This document shows, one piece after another, positions 37,623 to 54,760 of a stretch of 64,000 nt of DNA. The position numbers and the translations under genes are program-made. The stretch's first letter is position 1; each line of letters opens with the position of its first letter. The notes beneath the pieces are model-generated. The model ran no database searches and was not told where the DNA came from. It saw only the letters and a program-made list of their open reading frames with translations. Origin of the DNA: the human T2T-CHM13v2.0 reference genome, Homo sapiens; assembly GCF_009914755.1 (NCBI RefSeq), contig NC_060936.1; one strand, written 5' to 3'.

Positions 37623-37708
37623 ATACTTGTTTGAAGACTTGTGGATATTCAGAGGATATTTTCCATTTGGCAGCAACCTTGTATGTCTGTGTCTGCACTG
37701 CTCCCCAG
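37623..37708 (+). CDS. CFAP54: CFAP54 exon ~12 (86 nt): (D)TCLKTCGYSEDIFHLAATLYVCVCTAPQ
   Basis: gaacttag|AT ACT ... CAG|gtgaaa; phase-compatible with neighbours. Confidence 0.9.
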
Positions 37709-38164
37709 GTGAAATAGCTATTTTAAATAATTTTTATTAGTGTGGAAGGAGGTTTTTGTGCCTAACTTAAGGCCGAATTTAAAATATCACAGGAATTACG
37801 CCTTGCTAAAATTTTATTTTGTTTAATCATTAGCATATAGGATTAAGTTAGATTCTGACTTGTAGTTTTAAGTTTCTTTTTATTATTGTTGTCATTCTGA
37901 GTGTCTTCCTTTTTGGGAAATTCTCAGGCTATGTTTCTAATAATGAAGGAAATGAGGCAGTGGTTTTTTGGAAGAGTTAATATGTTTAATGAAATACTGC
38001 TTTCAGTCCATGAGTACAAAGCCTTGTTATTATTGGAAGTCACTTTGCACACAATGGCCAGTATTTTAAAATGACCTATAAGAGGGTACCAGTGTTCAGG
38101 TAAAACTATTATAATATAGCAATGGTTATTAAACAAATTTCAGGGATCCTCAGAAACCTAACTT

Positions 38165-38350
38165 TGTTTTGTTTTTTAAATTAATTTATTTGTTTTTAAT
38201 TTTTATTTTAAGTTCTGGAGTACATGTGCAGGACATGCAGGTTTGTTACATAAGTAAACATGTGCCGTGGTGGTTTGCTGCACCTCCTACTTATAAGTGA
38301 GAATGTGGTGTTTGGTTTTCTGTTCCCGTGTTAGTTTGCTGAGGATAATG
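38165..38350 (-). mobile_element. Short L1PA 3' end with an internal deletion
   Basis: gtacatgtgcaggacatgcaggtttgttacata...gctgcacct joined directly to cttataagtgagaa...gaggataatgg. Confidence 0.8.
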
Positions 38351-38692
38351 GAGAAGCCCAGCTTTAAGTAGTAGCTTCCTAATCTGTTTTTGTTACTTTT
38401 GTATATAACACTGGGATTCTGATGAAATTTCATTTGAAAATTTGGTTATATTGTCATTTTTAAAAAGTATGTAAACCACGGTTATAGAGCACTGTATTAA
38501 CTTTTGCCAAGGTAAGTGAAGCACACTTGAGAAGTTCTGCTTTATAATATTTTTCATTTCTTCTGGGTTTGTCAGAATAAGTTATAACCTGTGACAGGTA
38601 TTTAATTTTTGAAAGAAAGGTGTTTGGCAGTAAATAAATTATTACAGTGGGAGAGCTAACCAAAAAATAGTGATCAAGGCTTAAAAAGGTAG

Positions 38693-39036
<344 letters not shown>

Positions 39037-39075
39037 CCTCATTAATCTGTTTTGCTAAAATGATATATGTCTTAG

Positions 39076-39131
39076 TTCAATTCAATTCAATTCAATACAA
39101 TTCAATTCAATTCAATTCAATTCAATTCAAT
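39076..39131. repeat. (TTCAA)n pentanucleotide repeat at an L2-like tail
   Basis: ~11 units followed by taaacacttattga. Confidence 0.92.
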
Positions 39132-39427
39132 AAACACTTATTGATATCTGTCGTATTCCCAAACATTGCAGGAAGGTGCTACATATGCAAATTAGGTCTT
39201 AGAGCAGCCTCAGAGAGCTCCAGGTTTGGTATATTTTAATCATAAACTCATTATCTTTCTAATTTAGCTATAATGAATAATAATTTTCTTTTGCAAAGGC
39301 AAGTAACTTGGATGAGAGAAAACATACTCATTATGGCTCATCAGTTGACACCCAGTGTGAGGTTCTGTTCAGCTTTTGCCTTTCCTTCTTGTCTCTACAC
39401 TTTCCCAACTCCCCATTGCTTCTCTAG

Positions 39428-39805
<378 letters not shown>

Positions 39806-39884
39806 TAAATTTCACAGTCAGGTGGGAGTAATTGGTTTGCAAACTTGCCTAAAAATGTTTGGGAATTTTCTTTTTAGAGAGGCG

Positions 39885-40445
39885 GAAGAGCATAGAGCAT
39901 TCATTAAGAGTGATGGATCTAGGTGGGTCACGGTGGCTCACACTGTAATCCCAGTACTTTGGGATGGCACGGCAGGTGGATCACTTGAGGCCAGGGGTTC
40001 GAGACCAGCCTGGCCAACATGGTGCAACTCCATATCTACTAAAAATACAAAAATGAGCTGGGTGTGGTGGTGTGCACCTGTATTCCTAGCTACTTGGGAA
40101 GCTGAGGCACGAGAATCGCTTGAACCTGCTGGGATGTGGAGGTGAGATTGCGAGCCGAGATCTTGCCACTGCACTCCAGCCTGAGTGACAGAGTGAGGCC
40201 CTGTTTCAAAAAAAAAGGAGTGAGGACTCTGGAGCTAGACTACTTAGGTTTGAATCCCTCCCATCTGCCACTCTTTAGTCATTTCATGTTGGGGAAAATC
40301 ACTTAATCTCCTTGTGTTTCAGTTTGCTCCTCTGTAAAATGGGGAGGATCATACTAGGACTCCTCTCATAGGGTCATTATGAAGATTCAACATGTTAGTA
40401 TTTGTAAAGCTCTTAGAGTGTTTCTCAGCACACAGTAAATGTTAT
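39885..40445 (+). mobile_element. MIR interrupted by a sense Alu (39921-40217)
   Basis: MIR core (cacttaatctcc...ctctgtaaaatgggg...tgtaaagctcttagag) resumes after the Alu tail. Confidence 0.85.
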
Positions 40446-40497
40446 ATACATGTATTTTATTATTCCTACTCATTTACCTTCTCACTTTTGTTTTTAG

Positions 40498-40632
40498 GAT
40501 GTTCAACCTGATAAAGAAATTGTTGTGGACACGATAATGTTCCTATGGCAGAAATGCAAATTAGGAATTCAGCGGCTCAATATATCCAGAAATGACTATG
40601 CAAAATTCACCCAGAAAATCAGTACTAACAAA
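40498..40632 (+). CDS. CFAP54: CFAP54 exon ~13 (135 nt): DVQPDKEIVVDTIMFLWQKCKLGIQRLNISRNDYAKFTQKISTNK
   Basis: ttttgtttttag|GAT ... AAA|gtattc (weak donor). Confidence 0.88.
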
Positions 40633-40871
40633 GTATTCCTTTCGCATTCCCTTTCACGTGTTTTTTTTGCTATTGCTTATTCAAGTTGCCACACACATTT
40701 CAAATCTAAATTTTTCCTATTTTTCACCTGGTTAATGACTTTCATTTGCATATATACATATATAAAGAAGATATTCTTTCTAGCGCTGAGTGACCCTTTC
40801 TTTTAATGTGTGTTCCCTGCACTCCTGTTCTAATTTTGTTTGTTGTGAGGAGCGAAGAGGTGTTTCAGGCC

Positions 40872-41173
40872 TTTTTTTTTTTGGCAGAGTCTTGCTCTGT
40901 CCTGGAGGCTGCAGTAGTATGGTACCATGATCTTGGCTCACTGCAACCTCTGCCTCCTGGGCTCAAGTGATCCTCCACAGCTCAGCCTCCCTAGTAGCTG
41001 GGACTACAGGCATACACCACCATGCCCAGCAATTTTGTTTTATTTTTTGTAGAGATGGGGTTTTACCACATTGCCCAGGCTGGTCACAAACTCCCAGGTT
41101 CAAGCAATCTGCTCATCTCAGCCTCCCAAAGTGTTTGGATTATTATAGGCATGAGCCACCACGCCCGGCCTTT

Positions 41174-41211
<38 letters not shown>

Positions 41212-41478
41212 AGATGGAGTCTTGCTCTGTCACTCAGTCTGGAGTGCATTGGCTAACTGCAACCTCTGCCTGCCGGGTTCAAGCGATTCTCCTGCCTCAG
41301 CTTCTGGAGTAGCTGCGATTACGGGCATCCACCACCACGGCCGGCTAATTTTTGTATTTTTAGTAGAGATGGGGTTTCACCATCTTGGCCAGGCTGGTCT
41401 TGAACTCCTGACCTCGTGATCTACCTGCTTTGGTCTCTCAAAGTGCTGGGATTACAAATGTGAGCCCCTGCGCCCGGC
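40872..41478 (-). mobile_element. Two tandem antisense Alus (40872-41170, 41178-41478)
   Basis: Alu motifs with poly-T at each. Confidence 0.93.
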
Positions 41479-41490
41479 TTCAAGCTTTTA

Positions 41491-41860
<370 letters not shown>

Positions 41861-42173
41861 TCAAAAAGAAGATTAATAATAGAGAATACAGAGACGTAAG
41901 AGTGTCAGATTTTCTCCCCCTGCAATAATATATTTAGACCATTTAAAAGAGCTACTTTATAGGAGGGAGAAGGGTGAGCATTTGAATATTATAACCTGGA
42001 AACTTAGGAGAAAAAATTTAATAATAACAAATATTATAGCTTTGGTAATTTGGAAGCTGCATAAGATTAGCTACATTAGTATGCATAGGTGTGATTTTTA
42101 TCATGTACTCTGTTAAGTAATAATGTGAGTACATAAATACCGTTTTATAATCTCAGGTCCCAAAATGTGATAG

Positions 42174-42520
<347 letters not shown>

Positions 42521-42957
42521 ATGAAAGACAATCTAAGTCACCTGATATGGAGCCTGAAACACCTGCTTCCCCACTCATAAGGAGGATGTTGATAGTAATC
42601 ATAATAGCTGCTTCAAAGGGACAGTGAGAACTTTGAGGATACAGATACTATTCACTGATATGTACAAATAACAGATCATAAATTTGCCATAATGGCTATA
42701 GATGTGCAGACTCTAGACTTAAATGAATCTACTTTATGAATTTATATAAACAGATTGATTACTAAATATCATTTTAAAAGGATTATTGAGTTTTATGTTA
42801 TTTATAATTAAGGCGTTAATAAGGAGGGGTACCTGTGTAACATTTCCATATGATTAGAAGATGGTTGTTTCAAGGAAGTATAAGTTTTGAAAAATGTGAC
42901 TGTTTCTACAGTTTCATATACTTTTAATTAATTTTGCTGTGTATTTTCTCTTTTTAG

Positions 42958-43108
42958 TGGATTTATCTTCTGTGGCAGATAAATGAAGTAATTCACTGCT
43001 ATAAAATGGAAGACATTGACATTGTGGTAGTGGCAGAAGTCACATTACGGTTAAGTGAAATATTGGAATCTTTAGGAAGCCCAGGAAGAAAATTTAAACA
43101 ATCTCTAG
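42958..43108 (+). CDS. CFAP54: CFAP54 exon ~14 (151 nt): WIYLLWQINEVIHCYKMEDID...GRKFKQSL
   Basis: ctctttttag|TGG ... CTA G|gtaaaa. Confidence 0.92.
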
Positions 43109-43278
43109 GTAAAATGTTGGCTGAAAAATTGTATACATATATAAATACAAATATATAGGTATGATATCAAATGCAGGATAACTCCTACTAATGGAAACTA
43201 GGCACTTCAATATTATGCTTCATTGAGGATTTATAATTAGAGATAGATAATAAGATAGTTTCATCAAGTGGATGTTAA

Positions 43279-43848
<570 letters not shown>

Positions 43849-44344
43849 TAAGTGTTGAATGGATCAGTGTCATTCTACTTTCTATCTCCTTTTCTATTTT
43901 CTTTCTTCTAATTCCTTCCTTTTAAAATTCTTTCTTCATTTATTGTTTCTCCTCCCCTTTCTCTTTTTCTTCTTATCCTTATCATCTTCCTCTTTTTGCT
44001 TTCATTTCCTAGCACCCCCTCCCCACCAGCCCCCATTCTTCCTGTCTCAACCCCTTTCTCTTCTCCATTCAGGAGATGTCTTCTCTCAAAGGATGGCCTT
44101 CTGCTCTGACCTCCTTGTTCTTTGTTCTGCCTCTGGTTGCAGCCCTGTACTATATTTCATGGGGTGGGGAATAATGTGGAGGAGTCCATGGAGGGTGTTT
44201 ACTTTGCTGTTTCACCCCACTGATAGAGCATGTATGACATCTGGAGGACTTCGTAATAAAGTTACTCTTTACTTGGAGATTCACGAATCTGGCTCTGCCT
44301 GTCCTCCGCTGTTGAGTGTGGCCTTGCAGATGGAGTTTTAGAGC

Positions 44345-44500
44345 CATGGTTCTCAAATTTTGATTGTTATCAATATCACCTGAAAGCTTGTTAAAAATGC
44401 AAGGCCCAAGCTCTGTCCTACTTCAGCTAGCCTGGACCTTTTTAGTCTTTATTAGCTTCTCAGGTGAATTTGATATAGATCAAAGTTTGACAACCATCAG
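44345..44500. mobile_element. MER5-like hAT DNA transposon relic
   Basis: ggttctcaaattt...tcacctgaaagcttgttaaaaatgca...caaagtttgacaacca. Confidence 0.6.
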
Positions 44501-46149
44501 CTAAAAGTCTCTGGCCATCGAACACATTCATTGGCCTCAGGTTATATTTCTGAAATGTCCTGGATTAAAATGCTTTTTTTCCTTTTAAAAACTTTTGTTA
44601 TGCAGAACTTTAAATATAAGGTGGAGAGAAAAAATAAATCACCATGTATGCATCGTCCGGCACCAATAATTATCAACATCTTTTCAATCTCATTTCATCT
44701 CTCCCTGCAACGTTTCCCCCTCTCCGAGTATTTTAAAACAGACACGTAATTTTTCCAGCAAATACCACCCCACCATGTGTATGTGTGTATCTAACTATTA
44801 TCTGACAGATAAGGATTTTTCAAAACATAAAACCACAGTGCCATTATTATTATATCTTACAAAATGGGGAATAATTCCGATGTCCCTGATTGTATTAAAA
44901 AATATCTTTTAAAGTTGGTTTGTTCCAATCAGAATCCAAACAAGGCCCACACATTGTATTTTCTTGACATGTCTCTTAAATCTCTCTAATCTCTAGTGGT
45001 TTCTCTCTTTCATACTCCCCTTTCAAGACATTTATCTTTTGAAGAAACTGAGTCATTATCCTGTGGGATTTTCCACATTCTGGATTTGGCCATTTCCCTC
45101 CATGTGATGTTGATTAACTTGCTTCTCACCTGGTAGTTAGAGCTGGATGCTTACTTAGATTCTGCTGATACTTTGTTAAGAAGAATTCTTGCCACTTGTC
45201 TTATTTTTCAGCAACAGTACTTCATAGGTAGTGCTATTTACTCCCTTGCGTTGAATCAGGAGGCACACAATGCCTAGTTATCCCACTTTTTGGGCTATAA
45301 AGATTTATCTGTGAGTTCAGGTCTAGGTTGGTTCCCCAGAAGGAGATTCTGAGACAATGATTTGAGTGAAGTAGTTTATTTGGGACCTTATCCAGGGAAG
45401 CACAGTGGAGAAGTGAGACAGCGGAGGAAAGGAAGCCCCATGTAATGCATGGTAAGTTAATGAGAAGGCTGCTGTTGTGAGTTCAGGGCCTGTTCCCATG
45501 AGGGACCTCTAGGATCCCATACAGAACAAATACAATGAAGTTGTATTTCTACGGCTTTTATCTGTCATTGGTGAAGGGCTGCTAGGAGACTGGGGGTAAG
45601 AAGCCAGGAGGGACTCCTAACTTCTTTCATTCCTTTTGCATTTATTATACTGAAGTCTTCAATGAAGAACTTAACCTCACACCTGTTTGGCTAGTCTGGT
45701 TATTTTTGAGTGTGTAATGGACATTATTATTGCTAAGCATTTTGTAGAAATAATTGAGGCTTTGGATGATGTTTTCGTTTTCTAGGGAAGATTTATGCTT
45801 GCTTTTACTAGATGCATGAAAGGCACTAATACTCTAGGATCCCATTATTCCAGTTTGAGGGATTAAGATGTTTTGAAGCTGAAATGCTTTCTCCTTGAAG
45901 ATCTATTTTCAGTTCACCCTAACTTCTAGGATGCAGTCTCTTTTGCTTCTCATCCTTGGTGGGCCCTGGATCCCAATCCCTGTTGCTTTTCTCTCAAGGC
46001 TATCAGAGGTATCACTCAGTTTCTCAGCTTCTCTCTCCAGAATTGATATAAGCCCCAGTGGGAAAAGTAGCTCTAATGTGTTCTATACTCTGGCCTCCCT
46101 TTCCAATATTCAGATGTGACTCTGTGATACTATGATATATGATATATAT

Positions 46150-46300
46150 GCAGTTGACCCTTGAACAATATGAGGGTTAGGGGCACCCATCCTAAATCCA
46201 TGTTTTGGCTTCTCCAAAACTTAACTCTAATAGCCTGCTGTTGACTGGAAACCTTCCCAATAACATAAACCATCAATGAACACATATATTTTGTATGTTT
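46150..46300. mobile_element. Tigger2-family terminal fragment
   Basis: TIR cagttgacccttgaacaa in a TA-rich context. Confidence 0.75.
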
Positions 46301-46987
46301 TATATATATATATAAATAATTATTGTTGTCCGCAGTTCCTGGCTCATGACTCCCATAGTTCTTATTTCCTAAGTGACTAAAACAATAAGCATACCTTTTG
46401 TTAAAGAGTGGCTTTTTGTCCTTGGTTCATGAAGTAGCTTCAGAACAGCTTTGGAGCAATAAAAGTGAAAGAGAGTCTTTTGTTATAATGTTGGGGCACT
46501 TTAGGCCTCCGAAGCAGTCCTCAGAAAACAGAATATCTCTCTCTCTCTCTCTCTCTGACTTTCTACTTTCCTCCTTTCTCCTGCTCCTTTTTCTCTCCAA
46601 GGGCTGGCCATAGAAACTGAAAATATACTCTAATCTTCTCCTGCCTCTCTGTCTTCGAGCTGATCATAAAGAAATTCTTTGACCTACCTTGTCTGATTGT
46701 AGGACATAAGACTCATTTCAGAAGGGGTCCTGCCCCATACCCAGGAGGAAGGAACGTGGCACAGAGAGGCCAGGAAGAATCTGAACAGACAGGCCTTGCT
46801 GGGTATCTTAGTCCATTTTCTGTTACTTAGAATACCTGAAACTGAGTAATTTATAAAGGAAAGGACCTTATTTCTTACAGTTGTGGAGGCTGAGAAGTGC
46901 AAAGTCTAGGGGCTGCATCTGGTGAGGGCTTTCTTACTCACGGAGACTTTCTGCAGTGTCTGAGGTGGCACAGAGCATCAGTGATAG

Positions 46988-47620
<633 letters not shown>

Positions 47621-48660
47621 ATAAAGTCACCAGTCCCGCTCCCATGATAACTCATCAGTCCGTTAACCTGTTAATCCATTAGTCTATGAATGAGTTAACC
47701 TATTCATGTGAGGAGAGCCTCCGTGACCCAGTCATCTCTTATGGGATCCATCTCTCAATACCGCCACATTGAGGATTAAATTTCAACATGAGTTTGGAGG
47801 AGACAAATATTCAAATCATAGCAATGGGTTTCTAAAGGTTATTAGATCATACCCTTTTTGTCCAATCGCATTTCTGCACAGCTGTACATCCATCCAGTCA
47901 TCAATTATGCATATCTAATGAAGTCTCCATAAAAGGTCCATGAGGACATGGTACAGAGAACTTCTGGATAGCTGAGCACTTGGAGGTTCCTGGAGGGTGG
48001 TGGTCCTGGGAGGGCATGGAAGCGCCATGCCCCTTCCTTTATGCCTTATGCTATGTATCTCTTTATCTGTATCCTTTGTAATAGCCTTTATGATAAAGTG
48101 ATAAACATAACTGTTTCCCTGAATTCTGTGAGCCACTGTTGCAAATTAATCAGACCCAGGGAGGGGGTCACAGGAACTTTAGTTTGTAGCCAGCTGGTCA
48201 GAAGCACAGGTAAAACAAGCTGGGGCTTATGGTCAGCATTGGAAGCAGGGAGCAGAGTGGGGAAAACAGCAGTCTTATGGGACTGAGTCCTCAATCTGTG
48301 TGATCTGACTCTATCTGCAAGGTAGTGTTGGAAGTGAACAGGGTTGGAGAATGCCCAGCTGGTGTCCACCGCAGAATTGATTTCATGTTTGGTATGCAGG
48401 GACCCCCCACTCCACACTTAGTCACAGAAATCTGTGTTGATTGTTGTGGCATGAAAGCAGGGAAAAATAGTTTGTTTTTTTCTCCACACTTCCTTCCCAA
48501 GATCCTGGCCATGTATTTGTTTGTTTGTTTGTTTGTTTATTTATTTTCCACCATCTTCTTAGCTTGTAGATTTAAAATATATAGTTTCCAGCTTTCCTTC
48601 AGCCAAGAGAATTTTTCTACATTATGCATTACTGATTACTTTTTAAAAATGTCTATTTCT

Positions 48661-48954
48661 GGCCAGGTGCAGTGGCTCATGCCTGTAATCCCAGCATTTT
48701 GGTAGGCCAAGCCAGGTGGACCACATGAGGTCAGGAGTTCAAGACCAGTATGGCCAACATGGTGAAACCCTGCCTCTACTAAAAATACAAAAATTAGCTG
48801 AGCATGGTGGCATGTGCCTGTAGTCTCAGCTGCTCGGGAGGCTGAGGCAGGAGAATCACCTGAAGCTGGGAGGCAGAGGTTACAGTGAGCCGAGATCATG
48901 CCACTGCCCTCTAGCCTGGTCAACAGTGTGAGACTCCATCTCAAAAAAAAAAAA
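48661..48954 (+). mobile_element. AluS
   Basis: TSD tctatttct. Confidence 0.94.
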
Positions 48955-49293
48955 CAACTCTATTTCTTACTTAATGTTATTGTTTTATTTACTAGTTACT
49001 GTGGGGGAGATTATTGTTTTATATCATTATAAATGGGCTAAATAAAATTTAAGTTATTGATTGTTAAAATGTTTCATTTCTGAAGAGCTGATCAATATTG
49101 GAGCATAATCCATTTATAAATTTGAAAACTTCTATATTTATGTAATGAGGGGTTGTCCCTATTTAGATATATAAATTCTTATAACTTCTAAGAATGTTAT
49201 TCTTAACACCTTGTTGCCACCTAAAACATAAAGTACAAGTCTTCTCTGATATTTGTCCAAATTGATAGGGTTTCTATGCTATCTTCTGAAAGC

Positions 49294-49600
<307 letters not shown>

Positions 49601-49818
49601 TCTGAAAGATTTTAAATGGACCTTATAGAATATAGAGAAAGATGATATTGACTTGTTGATAAATATTTGGTTTGTTACGTTACAAGATTTTTTTAAATTA
49701 CCTTACAGAAGAAAATATTTAATTAGATGGAAGAAATAATTTGATGCTTAGTCAAATTCTAGTGTTGAATCATTTCTGAGATTATCGGTAATTAAAAAGT
49801 AATTAATTTAGCATAAAG

Positions 49819-50014
49819 TTTTTTATGATTATGATTCACTGCTATATTTCCATTTTTCTCTTTCCTCCTTTTTATTTCTCTGGTCCTTCCTTCTTCTTTC
49901 GTTTCCTCCTCACTCTTGCCCTGTCCTCTTCCTCTTCCTACTTTTCCTTTTTTTTCATCTCCTCTTCTCCCTTCCCCTCCATCCTTCATTCCCTTCCTCC
50001 TTCCTTTCTTTTCC
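49819..50014 (+). promoter_or_regulatory. Extended polypyrimidine tract / AG-exclusion zone before exon ~15
   Basis: no AG dinucleotide between 49819 and the acceptor at 50015-50016. Confidence 0.7.
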
Positions 50015-50016
50015 AG

Positions 50017-50093
50017 ATGTACCTTTAAGAGAAGGGACTAACAAATTCCCTGGAGCTCCAAAAGGGATCACAGAAATTCTTCCAATATTACAG
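50017..50093 (+). CDS. CFAP54: CFAP54 exon ~15 (77 nt): (D)VPLREGTNKFPGAPKGITEILPILQ
   Basis: long pyrimidine tract ...ttttccag|AT GTA ... CAG|gtatta. Confidence 0.91.
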
Positions 50094-50970
50094 GTATTAC
50101 TACATATTTAGAAAATTTAGGTGAAACATGCAATTTTATTTTCAAATAATATTAAATTTGTAAATGCATAATGGTTAATTGTAGAAATAATTTTGAATAT
50201 TTAAAATTTGAGGATTATATGGCTTTATATATTGAGAACTATAGGGACATTTTTCTACCTTTTATGAAGAATATTGTAATGAAGCCCCATTATAATTTAC
50301 CATTTCCTCATATGCTAGCTTAAGAAACAAAATATTCCTAGTATAGATAAAACTCACCTCCTCTGCTACCCTCTCTTGATCACCTTGCCTTTCCCCTACC
50401 TAGGAGTAACTCCTATCCTAAATAATAATGTCTTCAAGATATTTGTATAAAAGATATTTATATAATGCATAGATATAAATGACTTTACTTGGTTTTTAAT
50501 AACATGCCACCCCCCCTCACATTTATATTTGGGAGCCCCCTGAAATAGAAGAACAAGTGCTAATTTTAAAAGTGTTATTTTATCTATTCTCTTCCATACT
50601 TGGTATAATAGATAAAGTCCTAAGAAATGGTACCAGTCAAATGCCATCATGAATGTACAGGAGGACTGTGGGGTCGTTCTGAATTTACTTCCTCAAATGC
50701 ACGTTCCTCTTCTAATGCTAAGTTTCAGGGGATGCCAACTGAGTACTTTATGCTGTCTTGTGTCTTCTGAAGAGAGCTAGATTTGAGAAATCTTAAATTG
50801 AGAACAGAGACTGACATGCATAAGAGATTGAGGTGGCATAATAGCTGTCTGCCAATGTTTTTCCCAGGGATCACTTACAGTGTCTGCTAAATATGCAGCT
50901 TCCTATCTCTCACTCCAGACATATGCAATCACAACTTCAGGTGTGAGATTCTTAAAAGTTCCTCCGGTAG

Positions 50971-51267
<297 letters not shown>

Positions 51268-52195
51268 CTCTCTGGTAGATTTTTAAGGACATTAGAGTTT
51301 GAGAATCACTGGCTTATGGGCTAGCACTTATTCTCTGAGGCAGAGTAGGGCAGACATAGAAATCCTACCTATAGGTACAAAGTGCTAGATTTTGCCTTGA
51401 GAGATAAATTTTCTGGCAATTAAAACCACTATATGAAATGGATTTCTTTTAAGGTGGCAATTTTCCCACAACAAAGAAACGAGACCATTTATGAACTGTT
51501 ATTTATTTAAATAAGAAAAATGTACCCTCTCTTAAAGATAATTTATTACCATCTGCTGGGAAATCGTCAAAATAAATACAGAGAAGTCTGTGATGACAAC
51601 AGTGTGAATTTTACCCCCTAAAGTTATGCAATACACAATCTGCTCAGCTGTACTGGGCATATGGTAGACATATTTTCTTTGGCATGGTTGAAGAGCATAG
51701 CATTTGGTGTGGAAACCTGTAGTTGAGTCTAGATTCTGATATTGACTATTTGTGTGATGCTGAATGAATTATTTTGTCTTTTTGAGTATAAGTGTCCTCA
51801 TCTGGAAAATTATAATAGTACCTATTCCACTGAGTTGTTATATAGTTTAAATGAGATATTGTAATGTGGAAACTAGTACCTGGCACATGATAGCTGCTGT
51901 TTTTCTCTTATATCTTACGTAAAGCACTGAATCTCAACTTAGGGTTTTTAGACTCACTGAGGGGAATGGAGTTGAGGGGAAAAATGACGGTTTATTGTAA
52001 GGAGAATTCGCAATTCATAAGTTCACCCAGCAGAGTCTGTAGGTGGGATAAATTATATAACTTGCATATATGCATGCTACTATTTAAAAAATGTATGAGA
52101 CACTATTGTGATTAAATGAAAGAAAACTTATTTCAAAGTTTTACTGAACACAGAGCATTTCTTTCTTCAACAAATGGGTTATAAAATTATAACTA

Positions 52196-52906
<711 letters not shown>

Positions 52907-53099
52907 TTATGAGTAGATGCTGCAGTAGGTTGATGGGCATAGTTTTTATACAAATATACTTAGATTTTTAACCACCATCCAGGGACAAGAGATGAGGCTT
53001 GGGCACATGAAAGATGGGGGTTGGAAAGGAGACTCATATGTAAAGTTAGAACCTACAAAAGATTATATCCTAGGAAAAGGTAGACTAGAAAAAAACTCT

Positions 53100-53392
53100 G
53101 GCCTGGGTATGGTGGCTCACGCCTTTTATCCTAGCCCTTTGGGGAGGCCAAGGTGGGTGGATCGCTTGAGCCCAGAAGATTGAGACCAGCCTGGGCAATA
53201 TGGTGAAACCATGACTCTGCAAAAAAAATACAAAAATTAGCTGGGTGTGATGACATGTGCCTGTAGTCCTAGCTACTTGGGAGGATCGCCTGAGCCCGGG
53301 AAATCAAGGCTGCAGTGAGGCAAGATCGTGCCACTGTACTCCATTCTAGGCTGGAGTGAGACCCTGTTGCATAACAAAACAAGACAAAAAAC
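53100..53392 (+). mobile_element. AluJ with deletions
   Basis: gagcccagaag, tcaaggctgcag J-type motifs. Confidence 0.88.
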
Positions 53393-53597
53393 CCTCCCCA
53401 AACCCAAAAAAACCCGCCTCTGCCTATGTATATAAGGAGATGCCTCAACTTGGGTAGTGAGAAGAGGAGTGGGTAGGAGAAAATTCCTCCTCCTAATGAT
53501 TTATAACCTTGGGGCCTGCCCTCAAGTAGGTTTTTAATTTGAATTTACACTACTTGGGTTACTTAAGAACCTTCCTGAGCCTGCGATTCTTGAATGG

Positions 53598-53600
<3 letters not shown>

Positions 53601-53641
<41 letters not shown>
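53601..53641. repeat. (TG)n microsatellite
   Basis: direct reading. Confidence 0.97.
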
Positions 53642-53642
<1 letters not shown>

Positions 53643-53978
53643 TGTATGTATATATAGTATAAAATTGTTTATATTCTAGGAATGCCAGGATGATTTAACA
53701 CTAGAAATACATAATGCAATACATTGCATTAGCTGATGAAAGGAAAACATGTGACTACTTCACTTAGACAAAGAGATGCAAAAAAAGCATTTGATAATAT
53801 TCAACAACCATCTTCTTTAAAAGCAACCATCCTTTAAAAAAATAACTCTTAGTAGTTAGGAATATACAAGAACCTCTGTATCTAATAAGGGTGGCATCCA
53901 AAGACCTTGAGTAAATGCTATACCTATGGTAAAAGATTAAAAGCAGCCCTTTAATAGTGGTATAACCACATAAAGCTA

Positions 53979-54398
<420 letters not shown>

Positions 54399-54458
54399 TC
54401 AACTTTGTGTTTATTCACAGACAAGTACAATACATTGCAGCATATTTAGTAATAATAA

Positions 54459-54760
<302 letters not shown>

